Assembly: GCF_036321535.1 (NCBI RefSeq)
Contig: NC_087436.1
Location: 39,248,001-39,312,000, forward strand
DNA length: 64,000 bases
Direction: 5' to 3'
From: Camelus dromedarius
Lineage: Eukaryota
Numbering within the stretch: the first letter of the stretch is position 1; each line of letters starts with the position of its first letter. The position numbers were made by a program, and so were the translations under genes. The notes beneath the pieces are model-generated. The model was not told the DNA's origin. It did no database searches and worked only from the letters and a program-made list of their open reading frames with translations. This document shows positions 25,000 to 38,807 of this stretch, piece by piece.

Positions 25000-26110
25000 G
25001 CCTTCCTCTCATCATAGCCATCTTCCTAAACAAGTACTCACTCCACTCACTCACTCTCCATCCTTGACTCAGTCTCTCCATGGCCCAGGGTGGTCTTCAA
25101 TCCCTAGCTTGGGCCCCATTTCCCCTTCCCTGTCTCCCACGGGAGTCATTGGTTGTCTCCTAATACCAGATGCAGTAGAAACTGTCCTGTCCTCTTTTGA
25201 ATTTGACACTGTTTGCTGCTTTTGTTTGTATAAAACTCTCTTCTCCTTTGGTTTCAATGATACTATCCTTTTGTTATTTTTCTTGATGGCTCTCTGGACA
25301 CCTCCTTCTGAGGAGTCCCCGCTCCCCCACACGACCCTTAAGCAGTACTGTTTCTCCTTCTTTGTTTTATCTTCACCCCTCTTTTCCTCTCACTCCTTAG
25401 ATTTTTCCTTAACCATGTTATTCCATGTAAAGTGCTAGCCTCTCAGATCTATTTCTCCAGTCCCTCCAACACTCCAGATCTATGCCTTCAATTGCCCGCC
25501 TGTTTAAATAGGTACATAAAACTCATCATGTCCAAAATAATTCATTATTTTTTTCATAAAACCTATTTTTTTCTGGCATTCTGTGTCTCACCCAGCAGTC
25601 ATCATTCACTCAACTACCCAAATAAGAAAGTTTCACTGTTTAAAAAAATCTCTCTCTTTTACCTTCTCCAATCTGAATCCTTTGGGGTAATTGTAAATAT
25701 CTTTCCCACCTGCTTCCTTCTTTCTATCCTCTCGTCACTCTTCTTGGTCAAGCCATCCACCTCTCACCTGGATGACTAACATGGTCTCTTAACCGTTGTC
25801 CCTCTCCAGTGCTGCCTTTCTCCAAACCATCTGGTCCTGAGCTGGAGGGACTTTTAGGGCATACATATCTCATTCTGACTTTCTTTTGCTTCAGACCTTC
25901 CTGGCGCCACCAGAAAGCCAATTCGTGCCTCTACGTGTACCCTCACGCTCCTCCTTCACTCAGCTCACGTGTGGTGCTTGCAGGGATTTCGGACCACTGT
26001 TCTTCCTCCAGCTTATTTATAAATCCTCTTCTTCGGTCTTCTCTAACACCCGTGCAGCCTCTCTCCCTTTTACCACACTGTATGTAATAAATGTTTCTGA
26101 GCAGAGAAGG
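25000..26110 (+). mobile_element. L2 remnant
   Basis: Pyrimidine-rich L2 motifs (AAACTCTCTTCTCCTTTGGTTTC, CTCTCACCTGGATGACT) and an AATAAATGTTT tail. Confidence 0.6.
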
Positions 26111-27082
26111 CCCTCATTCAATGACTGAGTGAGTGACCAGCTGCTGCATTCATCAGCAAAACACACAGGTGTTTATTAAAATACCGTCTTCATTGGGTTC
26201 AGTCCTTTATGCTTTAATTGAAACCTCTTTCTCCTTATTCAATTCTCGGATGGATACCAGGCTATCAGACTCTCTAAATACACCTTCCTGTAAATTGTGA
26301 TGTTTCTGTTTAATTATTTAAGGCTGTCGCTAAATTACCCTAGACTCTCTTTCTCTCTGTTGAATAACCTTAGATCTCTTACTCTTCAGTCATCATGTGC
26401 CTTCTTTTCTCACCTTTTGGTGACCCTTTTGTCAGTTTTTTTGTGACAGACACGAGCAACCTAGTTGTGGTTCCTTGAAGTAACTATTCTACCCTAGATC
26501 TGGCCCGTGCTAAGTCGTGTTTGTATTGCTTATGTACCGTATCACCGTTAGTGCCATGTACTAACATGTTTAACAGATCTACTGAGTGAGCAAAATGCTT
26601 GTAGCGCTACAACAGTGAATACAATGACGTATGTACATGTCTGGTAGGACGCACATTAAGTAAACTGACACCGACCATGCAGGGGAAGCACCGTCTTAAG
26701 AAAGTGGAGGGTGGGGTGGAAGCATATGGCAGGGGCGCCTAACCAAGACCTCCAGGTGGAGTGAATCTTCCTGGAAGGAAGGACCTGAAAGATGAGTGAG
26801 AGCTGGCCAGGGAGGCGGCTTGCTGGGGCTGGGAGGTGGCACTTCTGAGGACCTGCAGGAGGTTCAGTGTGGGTGAGGTGTAGAGTGTGAGCAGAGGGGT
26901 GCCCCCCCAAAGTGGAAAGTGAGGCAGCTTCAGATTTTATTTAGGCTGTATTCTACGGGAAGTAGGGTGCCCCTGAAGCATCGTAAACTGGGAAGGGTCA
27001 CAAGCCCGTGTGTGTTTTTGAGTTCCATGCCACATAAGAAAGCGTGGAGAAGGAATCAGAGTGGGCACGCTGCTTTCTGGAG

Positions 27083-27317
27083 CAGGGGTTCTTATCCTCA
27101 GCACTGTTGACGTTTGGGGCTGGCTCTTTCTTTGTCGTGGGATCCTGTGCTGTGCCCTGTGGGTGCTGAGCAGCGTTCTTGGCCTCTACCCATTATTAGA
27201 TACCAGTGCTCCCTCTCCTGCCCTGACCCCCGACCCCAAGTAGTCATGGCACTCAGAAGTCCTCGACGGGCCAGATGTCCCTTCAGGGGCTGCATCACCC
27301 TTGGTTGAGGACCACTG
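27083..27317 (-). mobile_element. MER20-like MITE
   Basis: CAGGGGTTCTTATCCTCAGCACTGTTGACGTTTGGGGC...GGCCTCTACCCA...TGGTTGAGGACCACTG is the reverse complement of MER20. Confidence 0.8.
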
Positions 27318-29099
27318 GTCTGAAAGCTGAGAGGCAAGGACTGTTGATGTTCTGGAACAAGGGGTAGGGGCTGAGGGGCTGGTGAGGCTTCTGTAGGTGC
27401 AGCACCAGGCACAGTGTCTCAGGAATGGTAGTCCTTACGGTTCTGCCCATATAATAGGGACTGTGTTTATTTTAAACTTCTTTTTTTTCACAAATGATTT
27501 TAATTTTGGTTTTAGTTTGTCAGATCCAGGGTTAAATCCAAGATATGCTTTTCTGTGGTGTTGCTTTGGTCAGGGTTCTTTTGCTGATAGCTGAAACCCA
27601 TAGCGGGAAGGGATTTGTAAAAGGGTATCAGGAAGCTAAGAGAATGTTAGAGAGCCAGAGAACTAGGCTTGGGACCCTGCAGTCCACAGAGTGCACACCC
27701 CACACAGGACTGTTCCATCAGCAGCCACTGCCTTTCTACCCCAGAATCACCGTCTGTGCCCCTGGCCAGGGTCTCCCAAAGGTGTGTTGCTTTGCTGAAG
27801 TCAGAGCACATGGCAGCCTGGTTTCTCAGGGAGTCTAGGGAGTGGAGATTCCATCTTTCCAGGTCAGGGCCGTACAGAAAGGCAAGCCAGAAGGGAATTG
27901 GAATTGGCATTGAGTAAGCTAGTCTATAAAATCTGCCACTGTATTAAAGGCCAGTTTATGATTTAAGTATTTTTCTTTTGGCATAAGCATAGTTAGATCT
28001 TAATCATGATATGGTTTTCCTTTCCTATTAAGATTCTCACACTGCTCTATAAAAAGCCTGATTTCTCTTTATCTCTGATCACTTTTGAAAATGCCAGTTA
28101 TGTGGCCAGGCGGAAACTATGACTTTGCAGATAACAATGATACTGACTTCCCTTTGCCATGAGAGTGGAGTCCAAAAGGCACCCAGGACTTTTCAGTCTG
28201 ATCCCAACCAACCTGGGCAGCCTCTGCTCTGGCCACTTTCCCCGCCATCCGTTGACGCTGAACCCTTTGCAGTCCCCCGTCACTCCATATTCTCTCAGGT
28301 CTTTGTCAAGCTTCTGCCTGGAATTCCCTGTCCTGTCTCTCTACTAATGCAACTCATGCCTGTCCTCCAAGATTCAGCTCAAGCAGCCCTTCCTCTCTGA
28401 ACTTTTCTTGATTCCCCAGGAAGCATTAGGTAGTCCTGCCTATTACAACGCTCAGCCCAGGGCGCTGTAATGTTTGATTACACAGTTGTCTCTTCTACAA
28501 AAGCTCTTCGTGCCTCAAAGGCACAGTGGATGTATGTTGAACAAGAATGGGTTTGAATCACTGCTATAGAGTTGATTTCCAAAAATAAAAGGGAGAGAAC
28601 CTTTACTAAGATTGGTGTGTGACAGTTCTGCTTGAGTATATAAGAATATAAGAATTGAGTTTTGTTTTAGAAACAAGTTTTTTAAAACGTGCGTCTCACA
28701 TACACATGAAAATACCAGGACATGAGTAACTCCGAAAACTGCTTTTTGATTCTCTGGATGTATATATGAGGGTTGCTGATGAAATTGCTCTTTACCTTCT
28801 TATTTAAAAAATGAGAATATCTTTGGTTTCTTGTAGTGCATGTATTTACTGCTTTAGCACTAGTGTTGTAGTTTTTCTACTATCGTCCAAAATAATGCTT
28901 TAAGAATGAAGATACAAGCTTGCCTATCATTGTGGTGTATAAGTCTTGTGAGAATATAATTCCTTGAAAAAAAGGAGAGCAAGGGATATGGCCAGGGAAG
29001 AGGGAACTAAAGTTTTTTGACCATTAAGTTTATCTGTCAGGCATTGTTCTGGATGCTCTTGTACCATTGCCTCATCTAATTCTCAAAACAGTCCTCAGA

Positions 29100-29235
29100 T
29101 ATCTATCTTGATTGTGAGGGTGGTTTCATAGGTGTATACATCTATCAAAATTCATCAAATCATACATCTGAAATATGTGTAGTTTACTGTATAGGAATTA
29201 GACCACAATAAAGATGTTTAAAAAAAAAAAAAAAG
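29100..29235 (+). mobile_element. Extremely 5'-truncated L1 3' end inserted in a MIR
   Basis: TATCTTGATTGTGAGGGTGG...AATAAAG plus poly(A). TSD AACAGTCCTCAGA at 29087-29099 and 29236-29248. Confidence 0.85.
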
Positions 29236-30860
29236 AACAGTCCTCAGAGGCAGGGGAAATTATTACCATGGAACAGTGTTAAAAGTCTAGGTTTCAAAAG
29301 ATCAGAGTATCTTGTCAGGGTCACAGGTGTTAAATGGTAGGGGAGGAATTCAAACTCCAGTCTTTGTGACTGCAAGTCTCATATTTTTCTAACTTAGCTG
29401 GGTTTGGGGTTTAAACTCTATATAAAAATAAGAATCATATTTGTTGTTTCTGTTCTTGGTATATGGAAAATGGCTAAAAGAAGCGCGACTGTAAAGTCGT
29501 TACGACATTTTTCTTAAGCTTGAGGAATCCTGTGTTAAGAAACCTTTGTGAAAGTTTCAATAATATTATTCATGAATGCTGCCTCTTCACTGGTTATATT
29601 TCATCCTAGATTACCCAAGCATCTGAAAGCATGCTCTCCAGAGTATTATGACGACAATATAAGAAACTCTTCCTGGGCGACTGCAAGGTCGTCCAGTCAC
29701 TTCCCTTGCTGTCCAAGGGAACAAACTTTCTTGAGGAAGATAAAAGGAGAAAAGAGATGTTGAGTGTGAAATACTGTCATGAGGTCAAATAGAGGCGTGC
29801 ACAGAGGGCAGCCAGGAGGTCACTGATGATGGCATCAGAGAGGAGGGTAGAGTCAAAAGTAAATTGAATGGCCTGGAGCAAAGACAAGCCGGATGGAAAT
29901 AGAAAAGAGCAAGTAGAAGAAATGTACTTTTTCTTTTCTTGTCTTTTTTTCCTTCGAAAAGGCTGAAAGGGCTGTTGCAAGTAGTCTAGTCTAAGCCTTT
30001 CCTTATGTAGTGAGGGGAAACTGAGATCCCCAAAGATAAACTTCTTGTCCAGCACCATGCATCCACTGGTGAGTGGCCAGATGGGGCATTGAACCGCTCT
30101 AACCCAAGCTCAGTAATTTTCCCCCCATGCCACAATTCGCCTGGAAGAAAAGAGAAAAATGTCTGAGAATAGTTCTAAAGAAAAACTTTAAAGATCTCAA
30201 TTGGAGAAGAACTACTTATAAATTAAAACACGGTCTCTGCCAGGAGCATCTCTTAATCGTATGTGATCCCGTATTTGCATGAGTGAGTGTGATGACTTGA
30301 GTTGTTTATCACCCAACTCTTTGGAATCCTGGAACAATTACTAACTCTGAAGCTGTGCTCTGGATTTGTTGGAGAAACAGATGCTACTCTCCGTTTGCTT
30401 TCATCATGCTGTAACTCAAATGCATTTTCAGAGGTTTTTTTTTTCCCCCATGGTTAGAGTTAGGATGCTCTATGATGACTCATCCTGTTTTCTTCCCCAG
30501 ATTTATATTCTGATATCCAACTGGCACTTTACATTGTGTATTCTAGTACTGTTAGTGTGATAGTGTGTCCCATCAAGTTACCTCTACCAAATGCAAAGTT
30601 TTATTTCTTCTGTTTTAGTTTATGTTTAATGTTAAAATGATTTCTTTATTTTCCTCTTTCCCATCACTGTGATGGTCAGATAATGATGCCAGAGCCTGGC
30701 ATTGGGAAGTCTGTGATGATTAAAGCAAGTGAGAAGAACTTGTTCCAGCCTGTTTCTTCCTCTCTTCCTCATTCTAATTTGTATTTTTAACCTAATATCT
30801 TTGCATCCTCTGTCTCTTCACACTTTCATACTCTTCTAAACTCATGCCCATCCCTTGCAG

Positions 30861-30990
30861 GTGTGATGAAGCCAGCAGGGCCTATGGGGGCTGCTGCCCC
30901 CGGGGGGATGTTGTCTCAGGGCCATCCACCTCCGGGACCTCATCAATTTGGCCAGAATGGAGCTCATGCCCAAGGTCATCCTCCTCAAAG
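30861..30990 (+). CDS. SEC24D: SEC24D exon 3: (G)[42 protein letters not shown](R)
   Basis: Acceptor CCCTTGCAG|G, donor AAG|GTAAGA; 130 nt; phase matches exons 2 and 4. Confidence 0.93.
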
Positions 30991-33900
30991 GTAAGACAGA
31001 TGCCAACTCTCATTTTTATTTTACATGTGAGGTAATTTTAGTAAAATTACCTCACATGTCCTTCTAAACTTGCACGTTTATTTATTGAAAATTTGACCTC
31101 TTGATACTACCCACATCCTCGAAAGCATCTACTGGAAAACTGCCCTAGGAAACCAAGCATTTAAAAAAGTTAGGAGGGAAAAAATCCAATACTAGTACAT
31201 ATTTTAAAAAATATGAAAATTTACTTGTGTCAATACCACACATTTTAGTTTTGGGTTACATGTAGTCATCTTATTGTAGCGTTTGTGTTAATCTCCAATT
31301 CCTTCAATGCCTATGGCTTGTGTTCCCCAATGAAATTTTAAAACACCTGGTCTGTTGAATCCTTTGTAGGATGGAGCTCAGTGCCAGTAGGTGTGATAAA
31401 TATCTTTTAAAAAATTTAATCAGATTAGGGCTAGTGGTAAAGACTGTGGATTTGATGTGGATGCCAGTGAGGGACTCTTGAAAGGAAGCTGATAGTAAAA
31501 ACAACACAGGAAAGAAATCTTTTGTTTGTGTTTATACGTTAAAGAAGGGAAAAGTTGGAGACAGGCCTGGAGAAGCCAAGGGATGAGATGTGGGAGATGC
31601 TGGGAGCCCTGCAACCCCTCAGGACCGTCCCCTGGAAAGGGAGCCCGCATCACACCTGCCCTGCTGGAAAGCTGGTTATTGTTTGTCCTGCGAGGCGCTG
31701 CTGCTGAGAATCCAGTGCCAAGCTGTAGAAAAGTGTTTACACTGAAATTTCTCCAAGGATTACCCAGAGACTTTGTTTCCCAGGTTGTCCGGCTGCACAG
31801 TTGGGGTGGATGGGGGTTGGGGGGAGTAACCCCTCTGAAGGACTCTGGACCCTGCTGATGGTGAGGCCATTTAGTTACCCTTTCAAGGAGCCTACAGTCC
31901 CTCATATTGGGAAAACTCCCGCTGGAATGTCTCTTATCATCAAGTTCATTCTCTTACAGGGCATTTGTGAGATTGATGTTTCCTGGCTCTTGTTTGTTGT
32001 GATAACATTTGCCATTGAAATGGTAGCTCTGAGATGCAGAGTGAAGGTTAATGCAGGGAGCGGTGGATGAGTGAGCCCGAGTAGTTTGGTTTACATGGGA
32101 CTGTGGTTTGAACAGGGAGCACAAGGTCAAAAAGCCGTACTTGGGACCTGCCTCCCCGGGCCCTAGTCTCAGGAGCATGGTGGTGGGGCTCGAGGGGAGA
32201 GCAGAAAGAGTGAGCCAAGATGCTGCCACCCCTGGTTCAAGCTGTTAGCTCACAGAGTAATGTTGGTGACATTCCTGGGCCTCTCAACCTCAGTGTCCTC
32301 ACTGGTAAAATGAGGAGGTAGAATTCTCAGTCCAGAGGATAGGGAGATGATCTGGAGAAGTATATTGTTGTGAATTGCCAAGCAGGTCAGATTTTTTTTT
32401 TTTTTTGAGGAAATGCAAAAATCGAACACCTGCTTTGAAGTTAGAAAAGATTTGGTTCACTGGTGTGAGCCTAGATTAGATTCGTCTTTTTGGCTGTTTC
32501 CATTTGTTTTGCATGAATTAATTGTTTAGGTGTAAGTAAAGCCGAGACTTTGCCATCAGACAGATCTTAGCTGTGTGGTTGGGAGCTCAGCACAGCATCC
32601 ACACGGTGCCAGGTAGACACTCTAGGGTTGGGTCTTGTTGATACTCTTGGCTCAGTCAGTTCCTGGCTGGACGAGTTACTCTGCCTCTGTGCGCCTTGGT
32701 TCCCTCATCACAATTATAACAATAATGGTGGGGTTGTGAGGATTTGATCATTAATGCATACAAGGAACCTTGCACAGTGCACAGTGTCCATGAGAGACTC
32801 AATGTGTGTTGAGTGGAACACCATTTCCACTGGATATGGAAAGTCTACTGTCTGTAGCTTGCCCTTCGTACTAGCTCAGTGTTAGCACCCATGACAGCTC
32901 AATTTAGGAATTTGCTTTCATTGTGATTCCCAGGGAAGCACTGACAGATTTTGCCCCATCTCCTCCACTTCCTCTACTATTCATTTGCTTTAATTGGAAC
33001 TGTGGATCAAAGGTTGCGAATGGGGTTAAAAAATGGTAAAGGCTAGTATTCAGGCCAAGCCTTCATGGTGACCCTGCTGCCTGCCCTCATGAGACCTGTG
33101 TCTGTGTATACAGTTCGGTGCCAGGCCAAAGGGTGCAGTGACTGTGCAGGTGAATCACACCAGTGATGACAGGTTGTCAGAGAGCAGAGACCACATACGA
33201 CCTTTCTAAGGTGGTCACAGCACATCATGGAGTCCTTGTACTTAGAGGACCCAGGGTAGAAATCTCTTAAAATTTTACCATTATCTAAACTGCCGAATAA
33301 AACAAGATCAATTCAGAGTCTTCACGTTGATTTCAATTTTAAAATGGATAATTTTTGTTTTTAAATATTTGCGATTTCAGAGGTAATGTTTCATAAAATT
33401 TAAAAAGGCATACCGAGTCATTTGTCTTTTTGATCTTGGCTGAGGCAGAATAAATGTGGTAAACTTGTAAGTGGTACTGAAGTTATCTACAAAGGGTTAC
33501 TGCTGGAAGGATTTAATCTATGAAATGAAATCAATAACCGACAACTCCATTTTTTAATTATGAGGGGAAGAGCCAGTTAGTCAATTGTAATTGTTCTGTT
33601 TTGACTAAGACGTGGCAAACTGGGAGAAGCGAGGGTGGGAAGGAGGCTCATCTTCCCAAACTGAAGCTATTATGGGGTGAATCTATATTGGCTGCAATGG
33701 AAAAGGAGGAAGCAAGAAAAATAAGAGAAATACATAACTGCTTCTCTTTTTTTGTGTGTGTGGGAAGCAATGATATAATTTGGCAGAGTTTTTGTTTTTT
33801 CTATTCTATGGGCCGAGAATTTAAAGTCTAGATTTTGTATCAATCAAATCTTGAAGAAATTGGCACCTCATCTCCACATTCTAATAAACTTCATCATCTA

Positions 33901-35559
33901 GCTCACTTCTTGAGTAGTTCGTTGCAAACTTGAAAATGTAAAGTGTTTGAGGTTGAGCAGGCTACAGACAACTGAGTCAATTCTCCAGAGGTTTAGGGTT
34001 AAATTTAAGGCTAAATTTTCATGTTCTATTAATTCTCTGGTTGTCATTATTGACTATTTTTGAAACTTCCTTCTTCTGACACTCAATGAAATGGTAAATT
34101 AAAAGATATATTCGAATGTTTCTCAGCCCAGAAACACGTTAAATGAAGTAATCAATGAGAGCTATTTAAATCTATATGATTTTAAATTCTAACCACATTA
34201 TGTTTACAATAGGGAAAGGATGGCTCCATTCCCTGTGTTCATTTTTATGACTGAAAGCTAAGAGCTCCAGGAATTACATGGCTTGCCTGTGCTCACACAC
34301 TGGGTCTTCAGGCTAGGGGTCAGGGGACCTGGATTCTCACCTGAGCTCTGACACCTACATGTTGGGTGGCCTTGGATAAACTAATTTAGCAAAGTAATGA
34401 AAGTGAAAAATATTAAATCACTTTATATGTTTAATATGTTCTGTTAATTTCTTTTTCCTTATATATGTCAGTTTAAAATTTTTTTATTAAAAATTATTTA
34501 ACAAAATTTACTCTTTTAATACTATTTTATTTTTATTTTTAAGTTGATAATATTGCTTTTAAAGTCCAAATCTGTTTAAGACTTAGATTGATCAGAAAAA
34601 AAGTTGTGAATTTCTGACACCTAACTCCTAGGATGTATATCAAGCAATGAATGATAAGTCAGTACTTACGGGTCAGAAAGTAATAACTAATTGTTGTACA
34701 TGGTTTCATTCTATATTTTAAATCTTTAACCTTTTGTTAAGTTAAATACTTGAGGATGCTTGTCATAAGTTCTATTTGAAACATTTTTTACTCTACCTGT
34801 ACTATCTCTGTAAAAAATGATTCACAGATTTTCGGTTTTAAAAATATTATTGACATTTGTGAAATATCTCTGAACATGTTTTGAGGAATTTTTTCCCCAA
34901 ACGATTGAATAACACTGCCCCTTCCCCCTATTAACTGCTGGTTAACCCAAACCCTAACCATACCTCACACTGCATCCCCTAATATATTCTTATGGAGTAT
35001 GCAGGGTCTGCCTGTGTGAGGTGTTTCAGATGTCTATCTCCCATGAATAAGTTTTAAGAAAAGGACAAGAAACATCATTTCTTGAAAAAAAGAAATGATT
35101 TCTTCTTATGAAGCAGTGGCTTTACAAAAACATGTCTTTAAGAAAGTTCTTGAAATCCCTTCTAAGTGATCACAAAGATACAACCACAAAGCATTTTCGT
35201 TTTCTTGATTTCTGTCCTGTTGACCGTGAGCCCTCATATAGATAAAACTGTGATGGGCTCAGCTTCCCAAGATGATTTCCAAAGCTTGTTCTGAGTTTAC
35301 ATCCGAAATTTTGGGGGTGGGGTGGGGGGGGCAGCGGCTAGGTATCTTGACATGTTTAGCACATGAGCATATATATGGGATGATGCTACATGATTCATTC
35401 TGAGCTCACATTGAGGTTATTTAAAGATATAGCGTATACTATCAGTCATTTTCCTAGTGCCGCCTAGATTCGCTGATTTAATTTTACAAGTTATTGACAT
35501 TTGTTGTATGTCATTTGCATGTGAGACCGTATGCTATCAACGCCCTTTTTCTCTCTCAG

Positions 35560-35708
35560 ATTTCCTGGCCCTCCACCTGTCAGCAGTGCGGCCCCCTCCT
35601 ATGCACCACACTCGCCCTCTACACAGTCGTCTTATTCAAGTCCGGTGTCCACTTCATCCGTCGCCCAGCTGGGCAGTCAGCTCAGCAGTATGCACATCAA
35701 CAGCTATG
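35560..35708 (+). CDS. SEC24D: SEC24D exon 4: (R)[49 protein letters not shown](G)
   Basis: Polypyrimidine acceptor CTCTCTCAG|A, donor ATG|GTAACA; 149 nt; frame continuous. Confidence 0.93.
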
Positions 35709-36927
35709 GTAACAGTTTCATTATCGGTGCTCACTGACTGCCTTGTCTCATGAATATTTTTAGTGAGAAAGGCTTTCTTCAGTTTCAAAATAGACGTACC
35801 TCTGGCATACCATACTGAAGCAGGTTTTTGGACATTTTCATCTAAATCATATGTATTCTGTATGGCAAGCATTATTTTTTTCCAAATCATGCTGCCATAT
35901 ATTTCAGGATAACTGCAGGACCCTCAGAATACCTTAGACCAATAAAAAACAGAAAATACTGACTTCACAAATAAACAGTCCAACAGTGAAATTACTTTAA
36001 GAAGTATGAGGATAGTTTTAACGCTGTGTTTATTATGAAGCCCCCAAGTCAAAAATATAATCCTCATTGTTTCACAGAGCATTTTAATTCTGTATTTAGA
36101 TCTTGGGGAGAATGGAAGCTCACATGTCATGAGGCAGAAGAGAGAATAATAGGAGAGTAAACAGTACTGAGATTTACATCAATAAAAATGCTTTATATTT
36201 AAGGAGTCATAGAAATCGCCCCTGTAATAACAACGTAGTCAGCCATTTATCTTGATGAAGGATGTTTCCGTTACTTAAAATTAGTTTCTTAAAAGTATCC
36301 ATAAAAACTCCTTAGAGTATTTCTTTTTTCTAATTTCAAAATGGATAAGTGTCCAAAGCAACAGCTCAATTTCACATAATCAGAGAAAGGAACAGGTAGT
36401 CTGGTTTTACAACGATTTGCAGTATGATTGGATAGAGTGTTAGTGGCCCATCCCTTCTCCTTGGTTATGTCTACCTAGTTCCAAAATCCTTTTGATCAAA
36501 TCTGCACAGGCTGCAGATAACTTACTGAATGTATAAATGACCTGAATGAATAATGCTTGTTATGCAAAAAAAATTTTTCTTCTGTATGATTTTCTATATT
36601 TTGTAGCAGATACAGTTCCTTAATTAATGTCATGTATCATGTGAAGTGAATGCAACTGAATTAAAATTTATCTTACTAATTTTCTCACTATAATTATAAA
36701 TGTTGCTTTTACATTTTTTAAATTCTCCACTTGTGTAAAATACCTCAAATAGCATTTGTGTCACTTTCTAAACGATGATTTCATCTTGTAGGGGAAAAAA
36801 AGAGTGATTTGTGAAGGTGCCTTCTTGCTTTATTAAGGAAAACAAGTGTCCCTGTTGTCTACTTGGTAGAAGTTAAAGAGCTGAGAAATGTGGCATTCAG
36901 GTGGGCTGGCTTTCTTTTTTTGCCTAG

Positions 36928-37203
36928 GTTCGGGCATGGCTCCCTCTGGCCAACGTCCCCCTGGCCCTCCATCAGCACCATCATTCCAGGGTCCTCCCCG
37001 ACCTCTGCAGCCGTCCATTGTGCAGCCTGGATCTCAGGTTCTCCCACCACCACCCACTGCACTCAATGGCCCTGGTGTCTCACCTTTGCCTCCGTCGGCA
37101 CCCAGACAAGACGGGCTCCCTGGGCCTGCTCCTCTGAATGCCCAATACCAGCCCCCGGCTCTTCCAGGACAGACCCTGGGCCCTGGATATCCTCCGCAGC
37201 CAG
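36928..37203 (+). CDS. SEC24D: SEC24D exon 5, proline-rich: (G)[28 protein letters not shown]...[12 protein letters not shown](A)
   Basis: Acceptor TTTTGCCTAG|G, donor CAG|GTAAGA; 276 nt; phase 1-1. Confidence 0.94.
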
Positions 37204-37485
37204 GTAAGATGGGCCGAGCTCAGAAGAATGCCTTTTGTGTTACCTTAATTGGAAATCAGCTTTGTTCCTATGTTACTAGACCACTGTCACTTGCTATTTT
37301 TGAATAGTGTGGCAAGTGCAGCAAATGCAAAAAAAAGGGGAACCGTAGGTATTCACACTTAACTCCTTGCCTTATTTAAGATGAAAAATGCAACATGCTT
37401 GACTGAACAGCATAATAATGTCAGTGAGTGCAACATCTGGGATTTGGGGTTATAGTCATTTCTTTGTAAAATTTTTTCCGAGCAG

Positions 37486-37613
37486 CCAACTCTGGCCCCC
37501 AGATGGGAGGTGCGCCGCTCTCCTACCCAGGAGGCTTCCCTGGAGGTCCTGCACAGATGGCAGGTCCACCGCAGCCCCAGAAGAAGCTGGAGCCTGCCGT
37601 GGTCCCCAGCCCA
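37486..37613 (+). CDS. SEC24D: SEC24D exon 6: (A)[42 protein letters not shown]
   Basis: Acceptor ...TTCCGAGCAG|C (tandem GAG/CAG), donor CCA|GTAAGT; 128 nt. Confidence 0.92.
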
Positions 37614-38807
37614 GTAAGTGCTCTTCTTACTCCCACAGTCTCCCTCACAAAGGACCATTCTTCATTCATTGTTCTCAGACACTCTTCAGTTTGTGAGCAT
37701 TTATCCTGTCCTTTATTGTCAAAGCACAATACCCATCACATAGATAAGGCTTGCTTCCTTCTGGGTATGTATGGGGGTGGGGAGGGTGGGATATGGCATA
37801 CCAGCGGCTCCATGAGAGAGACAGCCTATGTAGATTTTTTGGTATCATATAAGCTTGGCAGTATCTATTGATGTTTATATTCACACATATTGTCAGTATT
37901 TATTGATATTTAATGAATAATCAGTAAGAGTATATTCTATATAGAAATGCTATTTTAAATAACTAAAGGACCCTTTTCAGGATCCCCATAGGAAAGAAAG
38001 TACAAAGTATTTTACATGTTAAAAAAAGTGTTTTAAATAAAATTAGAGCTGTAATTTAATTCTGCACCCAAGTGATTTTCTTTGAAGGATTACTCTTGAG
38101 TTACTGTATCAGTCATCTTTTATTAGGTTAGTCTGCATAACAGATGATCCCCAACTTTGCTTGCAACCACAAAGATTTACTTATCCCGTAGGTTACATGT
38201 GGGCTGCAGTAGGTGCAGTTTGGTTTTAAGTTCTGCTCCATGTGCCCTGATCACTCTAGAATCCAAGGTGAAAGCACCCCTGCTGGGGACATGTATTCTC
38301 ATAACAGAGGGAAAAAAGGAGGAAAACTGGTCAAAAGGTGTAATAGCTCTTAAAGCTTTCAATCAGATGTGGCACGTGTCACAACAACTCACGCCCTTGG
38401 CCAGAGCAAGTCGTTTAACAGAGCCCGATGTCAGTGGGGCAAGGATGAAAACTCTTCCCTCAGGAGAAACTGCAAGTCTTATGGCATTGAGCAGGGATGT
38501 GAAGTCCTTTGGAATTAAATTGTCTACAGGAAACTTTCATTTCTGATGTGGTTCTATAAACATGAGTCGAAAAATTTAGAAAGAGACTAAAGAGCACGAA
38601 GAGCTACCTTATTACTTAACTTTTGCGTGTAACAAGCCACGACCAAACTCAGTAGCTTACAATCACTGTTTATCAATGCACATGAGTCAGTAGGTCCTCC
38701 GGGCAGTTCTGCTAATCTGGGCCAGGCTCAGCTGATTTTGGCTGGGCTTGCTCTGTGCTTCTGGGGTCAGCTAGAGGCCTGGCTGGAGCCTGAATGGTCT
38801 AAGATGG

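Noticed and set aside
30661..30730. Possible intronic C/D snoRNA (GTGATGA box; hairpins CCATCAC-T-GTGATGG and ATGCCAG-AGC-CTGGCAT)
   Set aside because: No CTGA D box or terminal stem at a suitable distance downstream, and such short hairpins occur by chance.
34941..34965. Telomere-like TAACCC units
   Set aside because: Only 2-3 degenerate units, consistent with chance.
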